From contig JASGJN010000020.1 of assembly GCA_049840735.1 (NCBI GenBank), positions 128,001-192,000 of the forward strand: DNA of 64,000 nt, read 5' to 3'. Position numbers and translations under genes: made by a program. This stretch comes from Anaeromyxobacter sp. GTDB lineage: Bacteria > Myxococcota > Myxococcia > Myxococcales > Anaeromyxobacteraceae. Below the pieces are notes generated by a model. The model was not told the DNA's origin and made no database searches. It saw only the letters and a program-made list of their open reading frames with translations. Shown here piece after piece: positions 44,262 to 53,016 of the stretch (position 1 is the first letter of the stretch; each line of letters opens with the position of its first letter).

Positions 44262-44791
44262 ATGCGCTCCTGGGTCCGCCTCGGCCGCGCCGGCCGCGCA
44301 ACCCGATCCTCGTGCACTGGAGCGTGGCGCTCCCGCTGGCGGTCGGCGCCTACGCCACCAGGAGCTGGGTCGGTCCGGCGGCGTTCCTGCTGGTGGTGGT
44401 GGCGCACGCGGTCGGGCACGCGCTGGTGCGGCGCTGGTGCGGCGGGCAGCCGGAGGGCATCTGGGTCCACGCCCTGGGCGGCCACGCAGGGATGAAGGGC
44501 GACCTCAGCGCCTGGCAGGACTGCGCCATCGCCTGGGGCGGGGTCATGGGCCAGGCGGTGCTGTTTGCCGCGGCGTCGCTCGCCGCCCGCTTCGCGCCCG
44601 GGCCGCTGCCGCCGGATCTCGGCACCTTTCTGGCCGCGCTGGCGCTCTGGAACCTGTTCATCGCCTTCGCCAACCTGATCCCCACCGAGTCCCTGGACGG
44701 CGGTCGGGCCTGGCGCATCCTGCCGCTTGCCTGGGCCGGCCTCGCCCGCCGGCTCACCCGCGCGCTGCGCCGCGGCCGCGACCGGGACTGA
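44262..44791 (+). CDS. M50/site-2 protease-like membrane protein, degenerate active site; frameshift at about 44302
   Basis: ILVHWS, HAVGH in place of HExxH, NLIPTESLDGGR. Confidence 0.65.
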
Positions 44792-44985
44792 CTGCTCCGC
44801 CACGGGCCCCGTCCGCCTTGCGGGGCCAGCAGCACTGATCGTCGCAGCGGCCTGGTGACGCGGCCCCCGTCGGGACCATGACAGATCGTGAAGTCACCCT
44901 ACAGTGCGCGCGCACGCGGCCCCGCCGCGTGGCGCGGGCGCGCTGGGGTCGTCCTGCGCGGACTCCTTTCGAGAGGGGAAGCGCG

Positions 44986-46170
44986 ATGAGAAGGTTGCTC
45001 CTGGCAGCAGTGTTCTTTGCGTTCCTGGGTTCGGCCGGCTGCGGGTCGTCCGAGGGTGGCACGCCCTCCAACTATCTGCCGGTCACCGTCACCGATCAGA
45101 TCAAGGCCACCGGCTACGCCGTGGTGGGTGACCAGGCGGTCTTCGTCTACGACCACGCCACCTGGGCGGCGCCGGGCGCCGCCGCGCCGGCGCAGGTGCT
45201 GCTCTCCGGCTCGTTCAACGGCTGGGTCAACCCGGGCTGGGAGCTGAGCCACAGCAGCGCCGATGCCGGCGTCTGGTTCCTGGTGAAGCCCCTCGCCGAC
45301 GTGCTGGTCCCCGGCAACAGCGGGCAGCCCGAGTTCAAGTTCGTGGTGGACGGGGCCTGGCTCTCCGCGGTGGAGGCCTCGCCCGCCGGCTACCACTTCC
45401 TCGGCAACAACCTGCTGGTGCAGGAGGGCGACGACCTCGAGCAGATTGCCGCCAACGAGGCGCAGGCCCTGGCCATCCTCCCGCTCTCGTCCTTCGACCT
45501 GGAGGACGCCGCGGACAAGGCCACCCTCTCCAACTTCCGGCAGGTGCCGGGGATGCCCGGCCTGTTCCGCTCCTACCACCCGTACAAGAAGTCCCGCCCC
45601 GCGCTCGACACCGAGGACGCCCGCATCGCCGCGGTGAAGTCGCTCATGGCCTCGAACCTGATCGGCTCGGTGGTGAGCCTGACCGGCATCGAGGCGCCCG
45701 GCGACGGCGAGGCGCTCTCGGCCTACCACCTGGCCCTGGTCACCAACAGTCACCAGCTGGGCGTGACCCTCTCCTACAACATCGTCTACTACCAGTCCGG
45801 CACCGCCGCCTTCTGGGGCCCGCTGGAGCAGGTGATCCGCTTCATCGCCGACCAGCCGGCGCCGGTGCTGGTCCACTGCCGCCTGGGCACCGACCGCACC
45901 GGCGCGACCATCGCCGTGCTGGAGGGGCTGGCGGGCAAGGCCTGGGCCGACATCGCGGCCGACTACCAGGCCTCCAACGACATGGGCATCGGCGAGTTCC
46001 GCGACTACCACCTGCTGCAGTACAGCCTCGAGCACATGACCGGCGTGGACCTGGACACCCACCCCGAGCAGCTGCAGGCCGCGCTGATCGCGTACTTCGT
46101 GACCAACACCACGCTCACCGAGGCGGAGCTGGCCGCGGTGTCGAACAAGCTGACGGTGGTTCCGCAGTAG
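44986..46170 (+). CDS. Lipoprotein with CBM48/AMPK-beta-like module and Cys-based (PTP/DSP) phosphatase domain
   Basis: Lipobox SAG-C; VLLSGSFNGW..GVW..EFKFVVDGAW; NFR..LFRS and VLVHCRLGTDRTG (CX5R). Confidence 0.8.
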   Translation: MRRLLLAAVFFAFLGSAGCGSSEGGTPSNYLPVTVTDQIKATGYAVVGDQAVFVYDHATWAAPGAAAPAQVLLSGSFNGWVNPGWELSHSSADAGVWFLVKPLADVLVPGNSGQPEFKFVVDGAWLSAVEASPAGYHFLGNNLLVQEGDDLEQIAANEAQALAILPLSSFDLEDAADKATLSNFRQVPGMPGLFRSYHPYKKSRPALDTEDARIAAVKSLMASNLIGSVVSLTGIEAPGDGEALSAYHLALVTNSHQLGVTLSYNIVYYQSGTAAFWGPLEQVIRFIADQPAPVLVHCRLGTDRTGATIAVLEGLAGKAWADIAADYQASNDMGIGEFRDYHLLQYSLEHMTGVDLDTHPEQLQAALIAYFVTNTTLTEAELAAVSNKLTVVPQ

Positions 46171-46276
46171 CCCTCCCCGAACTGCGGTCCGGGCCCCGCT
46201 CGCCGCGTGGTGGGCGGGGCCCTCTCGTCTCCGGCTTCGCTGGCGTGCCCGAGCACGGCATCCGCGGGATGGTCTT

Positions 46277-46978
46277 CTACGGACCGGGGGAGTGGGCGGG
46301 CTTACCTGGCGCGCCGGCCCGCCGGAAGGTCCCCTCCCAGATCACCGGACCGGACTGGATGCGCCCGGGCGGCGGACGGTTGTACTCGGTGAGCGGTCCC
46401 GCCGGGTCGCGCACGAACCCGGCGGCGGCGAGCTCGGCCACGAGCTCCTGCTCCTCGAGGAAGACCTGCGGATCGCCAGAGAACTGCGTGAACACGAACG
46501 GCTCGCCGGCCACCGGCGCCGCGTCGGCGGGCAAGGTGTGTCGCGAGAAGGTGAACACGAACAGCCCGGCGCCTGGCCGCGCCACCCGGGCCGCCTCGCC
46601 CAGCGCACGCCGGAACTCCGCCGCCGAGCGAGCCAGGTTCCAGATGCCGTGGGCCACTACCAGGTCCGCGCTCCCGTCTTCGAGCGGCAGCCCGTCCATC
46701 GCGGCGCGCACGAGGCGCACCCGGTCGCCGAGACCCGCCGCGTCCACCCGCGCCCGGGCCGCCACCAGCATCGGCGCGGAGGTGTCGGTCCCGACCACGT
46801 CGAGCCCGAGCGCCGCGAGCGGCCCGGCGTTCCGCGCCGCGCCGCACCCCAGGTCGAGCGCCCGCTGCACGCCGGGCCTGGTCACCTCGGCCTGCGCCCA
46901 CTGCATGAGCACCGCATTCGGCGCCGCAGCAGCGAAGCCTCCCACCGTCTCGGCCCGATCCCACCGCCCCGTCGCCAT
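46277..46978 (-). CDS. Class I SAM-dependent methyltransferase
   Basis: ALDLGCGAARN, VVGTDTS, RVARPGA. Confidence 0.85.
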   Translation of the reverse strand: MATGRWDRAETVGGFAAAAPNAVLMQWAQAEVTRPGVQRALDLGCGAARNAGPLAALGLDVVGTDTSAPMLVAARARVDAAGLGDRVRLVRAAMDGLPLEDGSADLVVAHGIWNLARSAAEFRRALGEAARVARPGAGLFVFTFSRHTLPADAAPVAGEPFVFTQFSGDPQVFLEEQELVAELAAAGFVRDPAGPLTEYNRPPPGRIQSGPVIWEGTFRRAGAPGKPAHSPGP

Positions 46979-47160
46979 GCCCTTGGTTGTAGCGCCGAGA
47001 CAGGCTCGCGAACGCCTCTTTTTCCCCAGCTTGAAGGAACGGTGAAGCGTCGGGAGGAGGGCGCGGCCGATGACTGCCGTGACCATATCGGCCCTGATCA
47101 AGATGGAGCGGGAGCGCCTCGGAGAGCCGGGCTCCTCGCCCCCTTCGCTGGCGGATCCCT

Positions 47161-47210
47161 GGCCTTCGACTTCGCGCCCGCGTCGCGGGCGCTACGCTCA
47201 GGCCGAGCGG
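47161..47210 (-). repeat. REP-like repeat, long form
   Basis: GGCCT-TCGACTTCG-CGCCCGCG-T-CGCGGGCG-CTACGCTC-AGGCC-GAGCGG. Confidence 0.85.
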
Positions 47211-47262
47211 ATGCCCTGGCGCCCCTGCGCCACCCAAGCCGCCGCGCGCCCTCGCGGGGCCC

Positions 47263-47294
47263 AAAAATGAAACGGCCGCCTCGCGGCGGCCGTT
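47263..47294 (-). terminator. Rho-independent terminator after tRNA-Met
   Basis: AACGGCCGCC/GGCGGCCGTT 10-bp stem followed by a U tract on the minus strand. Confidence 0.8.
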
Positions 47295-47300
47295 CCGTGC

Positions 47301-47377
47301 TGGTGGTGAGGGGGAGAATCGAACTCCCGACCTAGGGATTATGAGACCCTCGCTCTAGCCGACTGAGCTACCTCACC
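47301..47377 (-). tRNA. tRNA-Met(CAT), probably elongator; CCA encoded
   Basis: GGTGAGGTAGCTCAG..AGGGT-CTCATAA-TCCCT..GTTCGATT..CCTCACCACCA; paired 1-72 (not initiator) and no C4/C5 typical of Ile2. Confidence 0.92.
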
Positions 47378-47415
47378 GAGGCGTTCAAGGCGGCGGACCG
47401 CCTTGAGAACGCGGG

Positions 47416-47444
47416 TTTATAGAAGGGTCGGCCGGGTCCGTCAA
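47416..47444 (-). promoter_or_regulatory. sigma70 promoter of tRNA-Met
   Basis: TTGACG-N17-TATAAA. Confidence 0.75.
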
Positions 47445-47603
47445 GGCTGCACATCGCCCTCCCCGGCCAGCCTGGCGCGCGGGGGGCGGCGAGGTGCGGC
47501 GAGGTTTTCTTGACCCCGCCGCTGTGCGTGCTACACCCGCATGCGATATCGCAGGATTGCGGCCGGGGATGGCGTGGCCCGGCGCAGGGATGGAGGTGGC
47601 GTG

Positions 47604-47768
47604 ATGAACCAGATGCCGCTGCAGGACGAGGACACCTCGGAGCTCGACGCCTACCTGGCCGAGCTGGACCGCGCGCTGGACGCCTGCTTCATGGCCGACA
47701 TGAACGAGGCCTTCCAGGCGGCCGGCGCCACCGCCGCCGACGACGACGCCGCCATCAGCGCGGCGTGA
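47604..47768 (+). CDS. Small acidic protein (54 aa)
   Basis: GGAGG RBS, upstream TTGACC-N16-TACACC, strong GC3 codon bias. Confidence 0.55.
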   Translation: MNQMPLQDEDTSELDAYLAELDRALDACFMADMNEAFQAAGATAADDDAAISAA

Positions 47769-48828
47769 CGCCCGGCGAGGCCGCGGCGCCCGCCTCGGCC
47801 TCCTCCTGCTCCAGCCCCTCGGCCACCTCCTCCGGCGCCGACAGGATGCGCGCCAGCTGGATGTGCCGCGAGAACAGGTAGGCCATCCCCAGCGCCACCT
47901 GGAAGGCGAGCTGCGCGGCCCAGAGCACGTTGGCGTACGCCACGCCGTGCACTGCCACCACCTCGCGCGGGAAGAAGAGCCCCAGCCCCAGCACCACCGC
48001 TCCCTGGAACGTGCCCACCATGCCCGGGCCGGCCGGGATCGTCACCCCGATCACCAGCGCGCCCAGCAGCGTGGCCGACTGCGTGGCGTCGAGCGGCAGG
48101 CCGAAGCCGCGCGCCAGCACCTGCATGCCCCAGCCGTTCGCGCCCCAGTAGACGGCGGTGAGCAGGAAGAACTGGACCAGCTTGGCCGGGCTGGTGACGA
48201 GCCGGAGCCCCTGGATGAAGGCGTCCAGCATCCCGGCGGCCCGCGCGGCCAGCTTCGGCGCGATGGGCGCGAGCAGCTTCTGCGCCAGCGCCACGGCCGC
48301 GCGCCGGTTGCGGTAGGCGCCCACCAGGAAGAGCAGCAGCGCCAGGAAGATCAGCCCCACCACGTAGCCGCCGGTCTTGAGCAGCGCCGCGCCGGGCAAC
48401 CCCTGGGGCAGCGCCAGGAGCGCCACGATCATCAGCACCGCGGTGAAGATCCCGTCGGCCACCCGCTCCACCACCACCGAGGAGAGCGCCGCGGAGACGC
48501 GCAGCTGGGGCCGCTCCGCCACCAGGTAGGGCCGGGCGAACTCGCCCAGCCGGAACGGCAGCAGCACCAGCGCCATCCACCCCACCGCCGAGGCGGCGTT
48601 GAGCCGCTTCCAGGGGACCTTGGCCACCGGCTCGAGCAGGATGCCCCAGCGCAGCGTGCGCGCCAGGTGGATGGCCAGCCAGAACGGCACGTAGAGCGCC
48701 AGGTAGCGGTAGTCGGCGCCGCGCATGGCGCCCCAGATCGCGCCCAGATCCTTGCCGCGCAGGGTGAGCCAGAGCGCGGCGCCGGAGACGACCAGGCCGG
48801 CCAGGGCCTGCAGCAGGCGGCGCCTCAC
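47755..48828 (-). CDS. Lysylphosphatidylglycerol synthase TM-region / UPF0104 flippase-like protein
   Basis: RTLRWGILL, LPFRLGEFARP, VVVERVAD, PAGPGMVG; about 8 TM. Confidence 0.85.
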   Translation of the reverse strand: MRRRLLQALAGLVVSGAALWLTLRGKDLGAIWGAMRGADYRYLALYVPFWLAIHLARTLRWGILLEPVAKVPWKRLNAASAVGWMALVLLPFRLGEFARPYLVAERPQLRVSAALSSVVVERVADGIFTAVLMIVALLALPQGLPGAALLKTGGYVVGLIFLALLLFLVGAYRNRRAAVALAQKLLAPIAPKLAARAAGMLDAFIQGLRLVTSPAKLVQFFLLTAVYWGANGWGMQVLARGFGLPLDATQSATLLGALVIGVTIPAGPGMVGTFQGAVVLGLGLFFPREVVAVHGVAYANVLWAAQLAFQVALGMAYLFSRHIQLARILSAPEEVAEGLEQEEAEAGAAASPGVTPR

Positions 48829-49556
48829 GCCTCGAGCTCCTCTCCGGCCACGATCCGGCGCGGGTTGTCGGCGCAGAGCCGCTGCACCGCCCCGCGCCCT
48901 CCCCGCTTCTCGAGGAGCTCCAGCCCCTCGGTGAGCCAGCGCTGCGCGCCCTCCGGGCGGTGCAGGTCAGTCGCGCCCACGGAGTAGAGCCCCTGGGCCA
49001 CGAACCGCTCGGCCAGCTTGCGGGCCGTGCGGCCGTAGAGCCCGGCCAGCGCGCCCACGTTGAGCTGCAGCGCGCCGCCCAGCCGGACCACCTCCTCGGC
49101 CCGCCCCGGCCGCTCGAACTCGAGGCAGCGCTCCGGGTGGGCGAAGAGCGGCAGCATGCCCTTGCGGCGCATGCGGAAGACCAGCTCCGGCAGCGCCGGC
49201 AGGTGGGCCTGGAACGGCGCCTCCACTAGCACCCAGCGGCCGGTGGGGCCGATCCCGCGGCGGGTGGCCGGCGACTCCGCCCGCGCCAGGAAGGCGTCGT
49301 CGAGCTTGTTCTCGGCGTTGGTGTGGAGCGCCAGGGCGATCCCCTCGGCCTGGAGCAGCGCGGCCAGGTCGGCCCGGCGCGCCTCGGCCACCGCGGGATC
49401 GCCGCTGGGCAGCTCGGCCACCGCGTGGGGGCTGGGCGCCAGCTCGGTCCAGCCCAGCGACCGCAGCAGGCGGATGGCCTCCAGCGACTGCGCCGGCGAC
49501 TCGCAGCCGTCGTCGATGCCCCAGAGCACGTGGTCGTGAAGGTCGACGAAGCCCAT
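48825..49556 (-). CDS. CpsB/CapC-type PHP tyrosine phosphatase
   Basis: VDLHDHVLWGIDDG, SPH, FAHPERC, ATDLH. Confidence 0.88.
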   Translation of the reverse strand: MGFVDLHDHVLWGIDDGCESPAQSLEAIRLLRSLGWTELAPSPHAVAELPSGDPAVAEARRADLAALLQAEGIALALHTNAENKLDDAFLARAESPATRRGIGPTGRWVLVEAPFQAHLPALPELVFRMRRKGMLPLFAHPERCLEFERPGRAEEVVRLGGALQLNVGALAGLYGRTARKLAERFVAQGLYSVGATDLHRPEGAQRWLTEGLELLEKRGGRGAVQRLCADNPRRIVAGEELEA

Positions 49557-49632
49557 GGCCGGACGGGCGTTCCTTACCACGAACCGCGCAGGGGCGGCCA
49601 GGCGAGCGCCCCCGGGACGGCGGGGCGGGGGT

Positions 49633-49839
49633 TCACGCGTCGTCCTCCTCCCGCTCGACCGGGCGGGCGGGCCGCTCGGCCCCGTCGCCGGCCAGCGGGC
49701 CGGGCACGCGGTAGCTCTCCCCCAGCCAGTTGCCCAGGTCGATGAGGCGGCACCGGTCCGAGCAGAACGGGAAGGAGCGGTTCTCGGCGCGCGGCGCGGC
49801 CGGGCGCTGGCACATGGGGCAGAGGCTGAAGCGTGGCAC
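49633..49839 (-). CDS. yacG: DNA gyrase inhibitor YacG
   Basis: CPMC..FPFCSDRCRLIDLGNWLGESYRVP. Confidence 0.92.
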   Translation of the reverse strand: MPRFSLCPMCQRPAAPRAENRSFPFCSDRCRLIDLGNWLGESYRVPGPLAGDGAERPARPVEREEDDA

Positions 49840-49886
49840 GGACCGGATCTACCGCGAGCCGGGGTCGGGGTGCAGCGGGATCCGCC

Positions 49887-50420
49887 CTACCCCTGCCCGC
49901 CTGGGCAGCTGGGCGGGAGGAGCGGCGTGATGGCGTCGGTGAGGGTGCGGTCGTCAATCTCGCCGCTGAACACCTGGCGGACGTTGCCTTCCACGTCGAT
50001 CACGAAGGTCTTGGGGTAGCCGCGCACGTTCCAGGGGACCAGCAGGGAGGCGTCGGCGTCGAAGAGGACCGGGTACGGCAGCGACCGGGCCATCGCGGTC
50101 ACGTCGGAGCGGGCCGACTCCTCCGCCACGCCCAAGAGCTCGAAGCAGCGGTCCTTGTGCTCCCGCCAGACGCGCGCCAGGTCCGGGATCTCCTCGCGGC
50201 AGGGCGGGCACCAGGTGGCCCAGAAGTTCACCGCCACCACCTTGCCGCGGTACTGCGCGAGGTCCACCTCCTTGCCCTGCAGGTCGGGCAGCGCCAGCGC
50301 CGGGGCCGGCTGACCGGGCCCCTGCAGCTTCACCGGCTGCCGCCGCATGCCCTTCCAGGCGAGCTCGACCGCGACGATCGCCGCGAGCGCCAGCAGCACC
50401 AGCTTGGCCCAGCCCTTCAT
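49887..50420 (-). CDS. TlpA-family thiol-disulfide oxidoreductase
   Basis: VNFWATWCPPCREE, GYPKTFVID; N-terminal TM. Confidence 0.9.
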   Translation of the reverse strand: MKGWAKLVLLALAAIVAVELAWKGMRRQPVKLQGPGQPAPALALPDLQGKEVDLAQYRGKVVAVNFWATWCPPCREEIPDLARVWREHKDRCFELLGVAEESARSDVTAMARSLPYPVLFDADASLLVPWNVRGYPKTFVIDVEGNVRQVFSGEIDDRTLTDAITPLLPPSCPGGQG

Positions 50421-50435
50421 CGGATCCTGCCTCCG

Positions 50436-52256
50436 CTACTTCGCGGCTCCGGCCGCCGAGCCGGCGCCGGAGAGCATGAGGGTCTTGATGTCGTCGTCGG
50501 TGAAGAACAGCCCGCCGCCGATGAACACGTCGGTGCCCAGGCTGAACCCGCGCCCGCCGGTGGAGGTGGCGGTCCGCCAGCGGTTGAGGAAGTCGTCCAC
50601 GCCGGTGGTGACGTAGAAGTGCTTGCCGAAGTTGTAGTTGGCCCAGAACTTGGCGCGCGGGAAGACGTCCTGCTGCGGCCGCTGGAACTGGTAGAGCGAC
50701 AGCGAGAACTGCAGGGCGTCGTCGAGGAAGTGCAGGTCGGTCCCCACGCCGCCCGCGCTCTCGATGATGCCGGCGCGGAAGGTGGCCGGGCCGAACCGCT
50801 TCCCGAACTGCAGCGAGAAGGTGAGCTTGTCCTCGTGCTTGGTGCGGGTGCTGACCGTGGTCCGCTCCTCGCCGGTGCTCGGGTCGCGGGTGGTGATGGT
50901 CTCGGTGGTGACGGTGTCCACGCCGCGCGGATCGCTGACAATCTCGAAGTCGTAGAACTTGTCGGGCCGCGGCAGGAGCCGCGCGCCGAAGTAGACCTTG
51001 GCGCCCGGGCGGCCGTCCGCCACGCTCTGGTTGAGCAGCCACTCCGAGCGGAAGCCCACCTGGATCTGCAGCTTGTTGAGCCGGTTGAAGTAGTCGGTGA
51101 CGGCGTCCACCGCCTGCCCCACCTCGCGGCCGGTCTTCTCGTCCACCAGGAGCTTGCCGGCGACGCTCTTCCCCTCGTTCACCTTGCCGAGGATCGAGTC
51201 GAGCTTGCCCAGGCTGTCGTTGAGCCGGGCCACCGCCGCCCGGACATCCTTGCTCTCGCCCGACGCCGCGACCACCACCGCGCCGCCCGGCGGCGCAGCC
51301 GCGAGCGGCGCCGCGCCGGCCGCCCCATCCTCCACCGGCCCGGGCGCGCCCGCCACCGCGCCGGACGAGTCCGCGCTCTCCCTCGCCGGCTCGCCGGCCG
51401 GCTCCGCCCCGGCCACCGCGGCCCCGGCAGCGCCCGGCGCACCCTGCCCGCCTGGCTCGCCCATGGCGCCCGGCTGGCCGGCCCCGATGGCCGTGGTCTG
51501 GCCGGTGCCGTCGAGGATGGTCTGCAGGCTGGCGGAGGTGACGCGGAGCTGCGCCGTGAGCGCCTCCACGTTGGCGATGATGTTGTGGATCTTCTGCTTG
51601 TCGCGGCCGGTGATGTCGCGCAGGTCGGCGGAGACCGCCTCGGCGTTGCTCAGGATGGCGCCGAGCTTGCCGTCGTTCTCGTCCACCAGCCGGTCCAGCT
51701 TGTCGGTGATCTGCGCCAGGTTCTGGATGACGGTGCTGAGGCTGCCCTTCTCGCTGTTGACGGTCTTGGCCAGGTCGCCGGTGACGGTCTGCACGTCGGC
51801 GGCGATCTTGGCCATGGAGTCCAGCAGCTGCTGCACGCTGGTGGCCTCCCGCACGCAGGTGATCTCGCGCTGCTCCTCCGGCAGCTGCGAGAGCAGCGGC
51901 GACCCGGGCGTGCCGGGCGAGACGTCGAGCAGCGCGTCGGGGAGGAGCGCAGAGGGGAAGGTCTTGTAGAGGCAGGCGTCGGCGTGCAGCTCGACGTCGG
52001 TGCGGATGCGCAGGTCGAGCCGGGCCCGCGAGCCCTCCAGGGCGATCTTGGAGACCTCGCCGATCTGGATGCCGGCGATCTGGGCGCGGCTCTTCCAGGT
52101 CAGGCCGGTCGCGTCGGCGAAGTAGGCGTGGACCAGGTAGGAGTCCCGGTCGGAGTAACCGCCCTTCTTGAGGAAGGTGAACGCCAGGAGGAAGGCGGCC
52201 CCGGTCAGCGCGACCAGGACGCCCACGGCGAGGGCCTTGTTGGCTGCGGGCTTCAC
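50436..52256 (-). CDS. mlaD: MlaD/MCE-family protein, long form
   Basis: N-terminal TM, FADATGL..IAGIQIGEV MCE domain, helical stalk, beta-rich C-terminus; AGGAG RBS. Confidence 0.85.
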   Translation of the reverse strand: MKPAANKALAVGVLVALTGAAFLLAFTFLKKGGYSDRDSYLVHAYFADATGLTWKSRAQIAGIQIGEVSKIALEGSRARLDLRIRTDVELHADACLYKTFPSALLPDALLDVSPGTPGSPLLSQLPEEQREITCVREATSVQQLLDSMAKIAADVQTVTGDLAKTVNSEKGSLSTVIQNLAQITDKLDRLVDENDGKLGAILSNAEAVSADLRDITGRDKQKIHNIIANVEALTAQLRVTSASLQTILDGTGQTTAIGAGQPGAMGEPGGQGAPGAAGAAVAGAEPAGEPARESADSSGAVAGAPGPVEDGAAGAAPLAAAPPGGAVVVAASGESKDVRAAVARLNDSLGKLDSILGKVNEGKSVAGKLLVDEKTGREVGQAVDAVTDYFNRLNKLQIQVGFRSEWLLNQSVADGRPGAKVYFGARLLPRPDKFYDFEIVSDPRGVDTVTTETITTRDPSTGEERTTVSTRTKHEDKLTFSLQFGKRFGPATFRAGIIESAGGVGTDLHFLDDALQFSLSLYQFQRPQQDVFPRAKFWANYNFGKHFYVTTGVDDFLNRWRTATSTGGRGFSLGTDVFIGGGLFFTDDDIKTLMLSGAGSAAGAAK

Positions 52257-52272
52257 GTACGGGTGTCGCTCC

Positions 52273-53016
52273 TCACTGCTTCTCGAACCACGTGGACAGG
52301 AACTTCTGCACGAACGGGTCCGAGCTCTGGCGGACCTCGGCAGGGGTGCCCTCGGCCGCGAGGTGACCATCGTAGAGCACCGCCAGCCGATCGGCCACCC
52401 GGAAAGCGCTCGCGATGTCGTGCGAGATGACCATGGAGGTGATGCCCAGCCGCTCCTTGGCGTGGATGATCATCTCGTCCACGGAGTTGGTGGTGATGGG
52501 GTCGAGGCCGGTGGTGGGCTCGTCGTAGAGGACGATCCGCGGCTCGCTGACCAGCGCCCGCGCCAGGGCCACGCGCTTGCGCATGCCGCCGGAGAGCTCG
52601 GCCGGCCAGCGGTCCAGCACCTCCTCCCCCAGGTCCACCACCGCCAGCTTCTCCACCACGCGCTTGCGGATCTCCGCCGCGGAGAGGCCGAGCCCGCGCC
52701 GCTCGCGGATGGGGAAGGCCACGTTGTCGAAGACGCTCATGGAGTCGAAGAGCGCCGCGCCCTGGAAGACCATCCCGAACCGCTGGCGCGCCTCGGTGAG
52801 CTCCTTGCCGGAGAGCGCGTTGAGGTCCACGCCGTCCACCGTGATGCTGCCGCGGTCGGGCTTGAGCAGCCCGATGACGTGCTTCATGAGCACGGTCTTG
52901 CCCGAGCCCGACCCGCCCAGCACCACGTAGGTGGTGCCCTCCGGGATCCGCAGGGTGATGCCCTTCAGGACGTGGTTCGGGCCGAAGGACTTCCAGAGGT
53001 CGTTCACCTCGATCAT
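52273..53016 (-). CDS. mlaF: MlaF-type ABC ATPase
   Basis: GGSGSGKT, FQGAALFDSMSVFDNV, LSGGMRKRV, YDEPTTGLDP. Confidence 0.92.
   Translation of the reverse strand: MIEVNDLWKSFGPNHVLKGITLRIPEGTTYVVLGGSGSGKTVLMKHVIGLLKPDRGSITVDGVDLNALSGKELTEARQRFGMVFQGAALFDSMSVFDNVAFPIRERRGLGLSAAEIRKRVVEKLAVVDLGEEVLDRWPAELSGGMRKRVALARALVSEPRIVLYDEPTTGLDPITTNSVDEMIIHAKERLGITSMVISHDIASAFRVADRLAVLYDGHLAAEGTPAEVRQSSDPFVQKFLSTWFEKQ

Noticed and set aside
46980..47160. Relatively AT-rich stretch that might be a gene remnant
   Set aside because: No recognisable motif or convincing ORF; a call cannot be supported.
43700..47377. Prophage or integrative element at tRNA-Met (also considered at tRNA-Val and selC)
   Set aside because: No integrase, phage genes or duplicated tRNA 3' end were found.
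47301..47377. tRNA(CAT) as initiator Met or Ile2
   Set aside because: G1-C72 is paired and the acceptor stem lacks the C4-G69/C5-G68 pairs typical of TilS substrates; elongator Met is preferred but not proven.
49887..50420. Selenoprotein candidates, given selC
   Set aside because: TlpA has an ordinary CPPC; I saw no in-frame TGA at a catalytic Cys position in any gene, though this was not an exhaustive scan.
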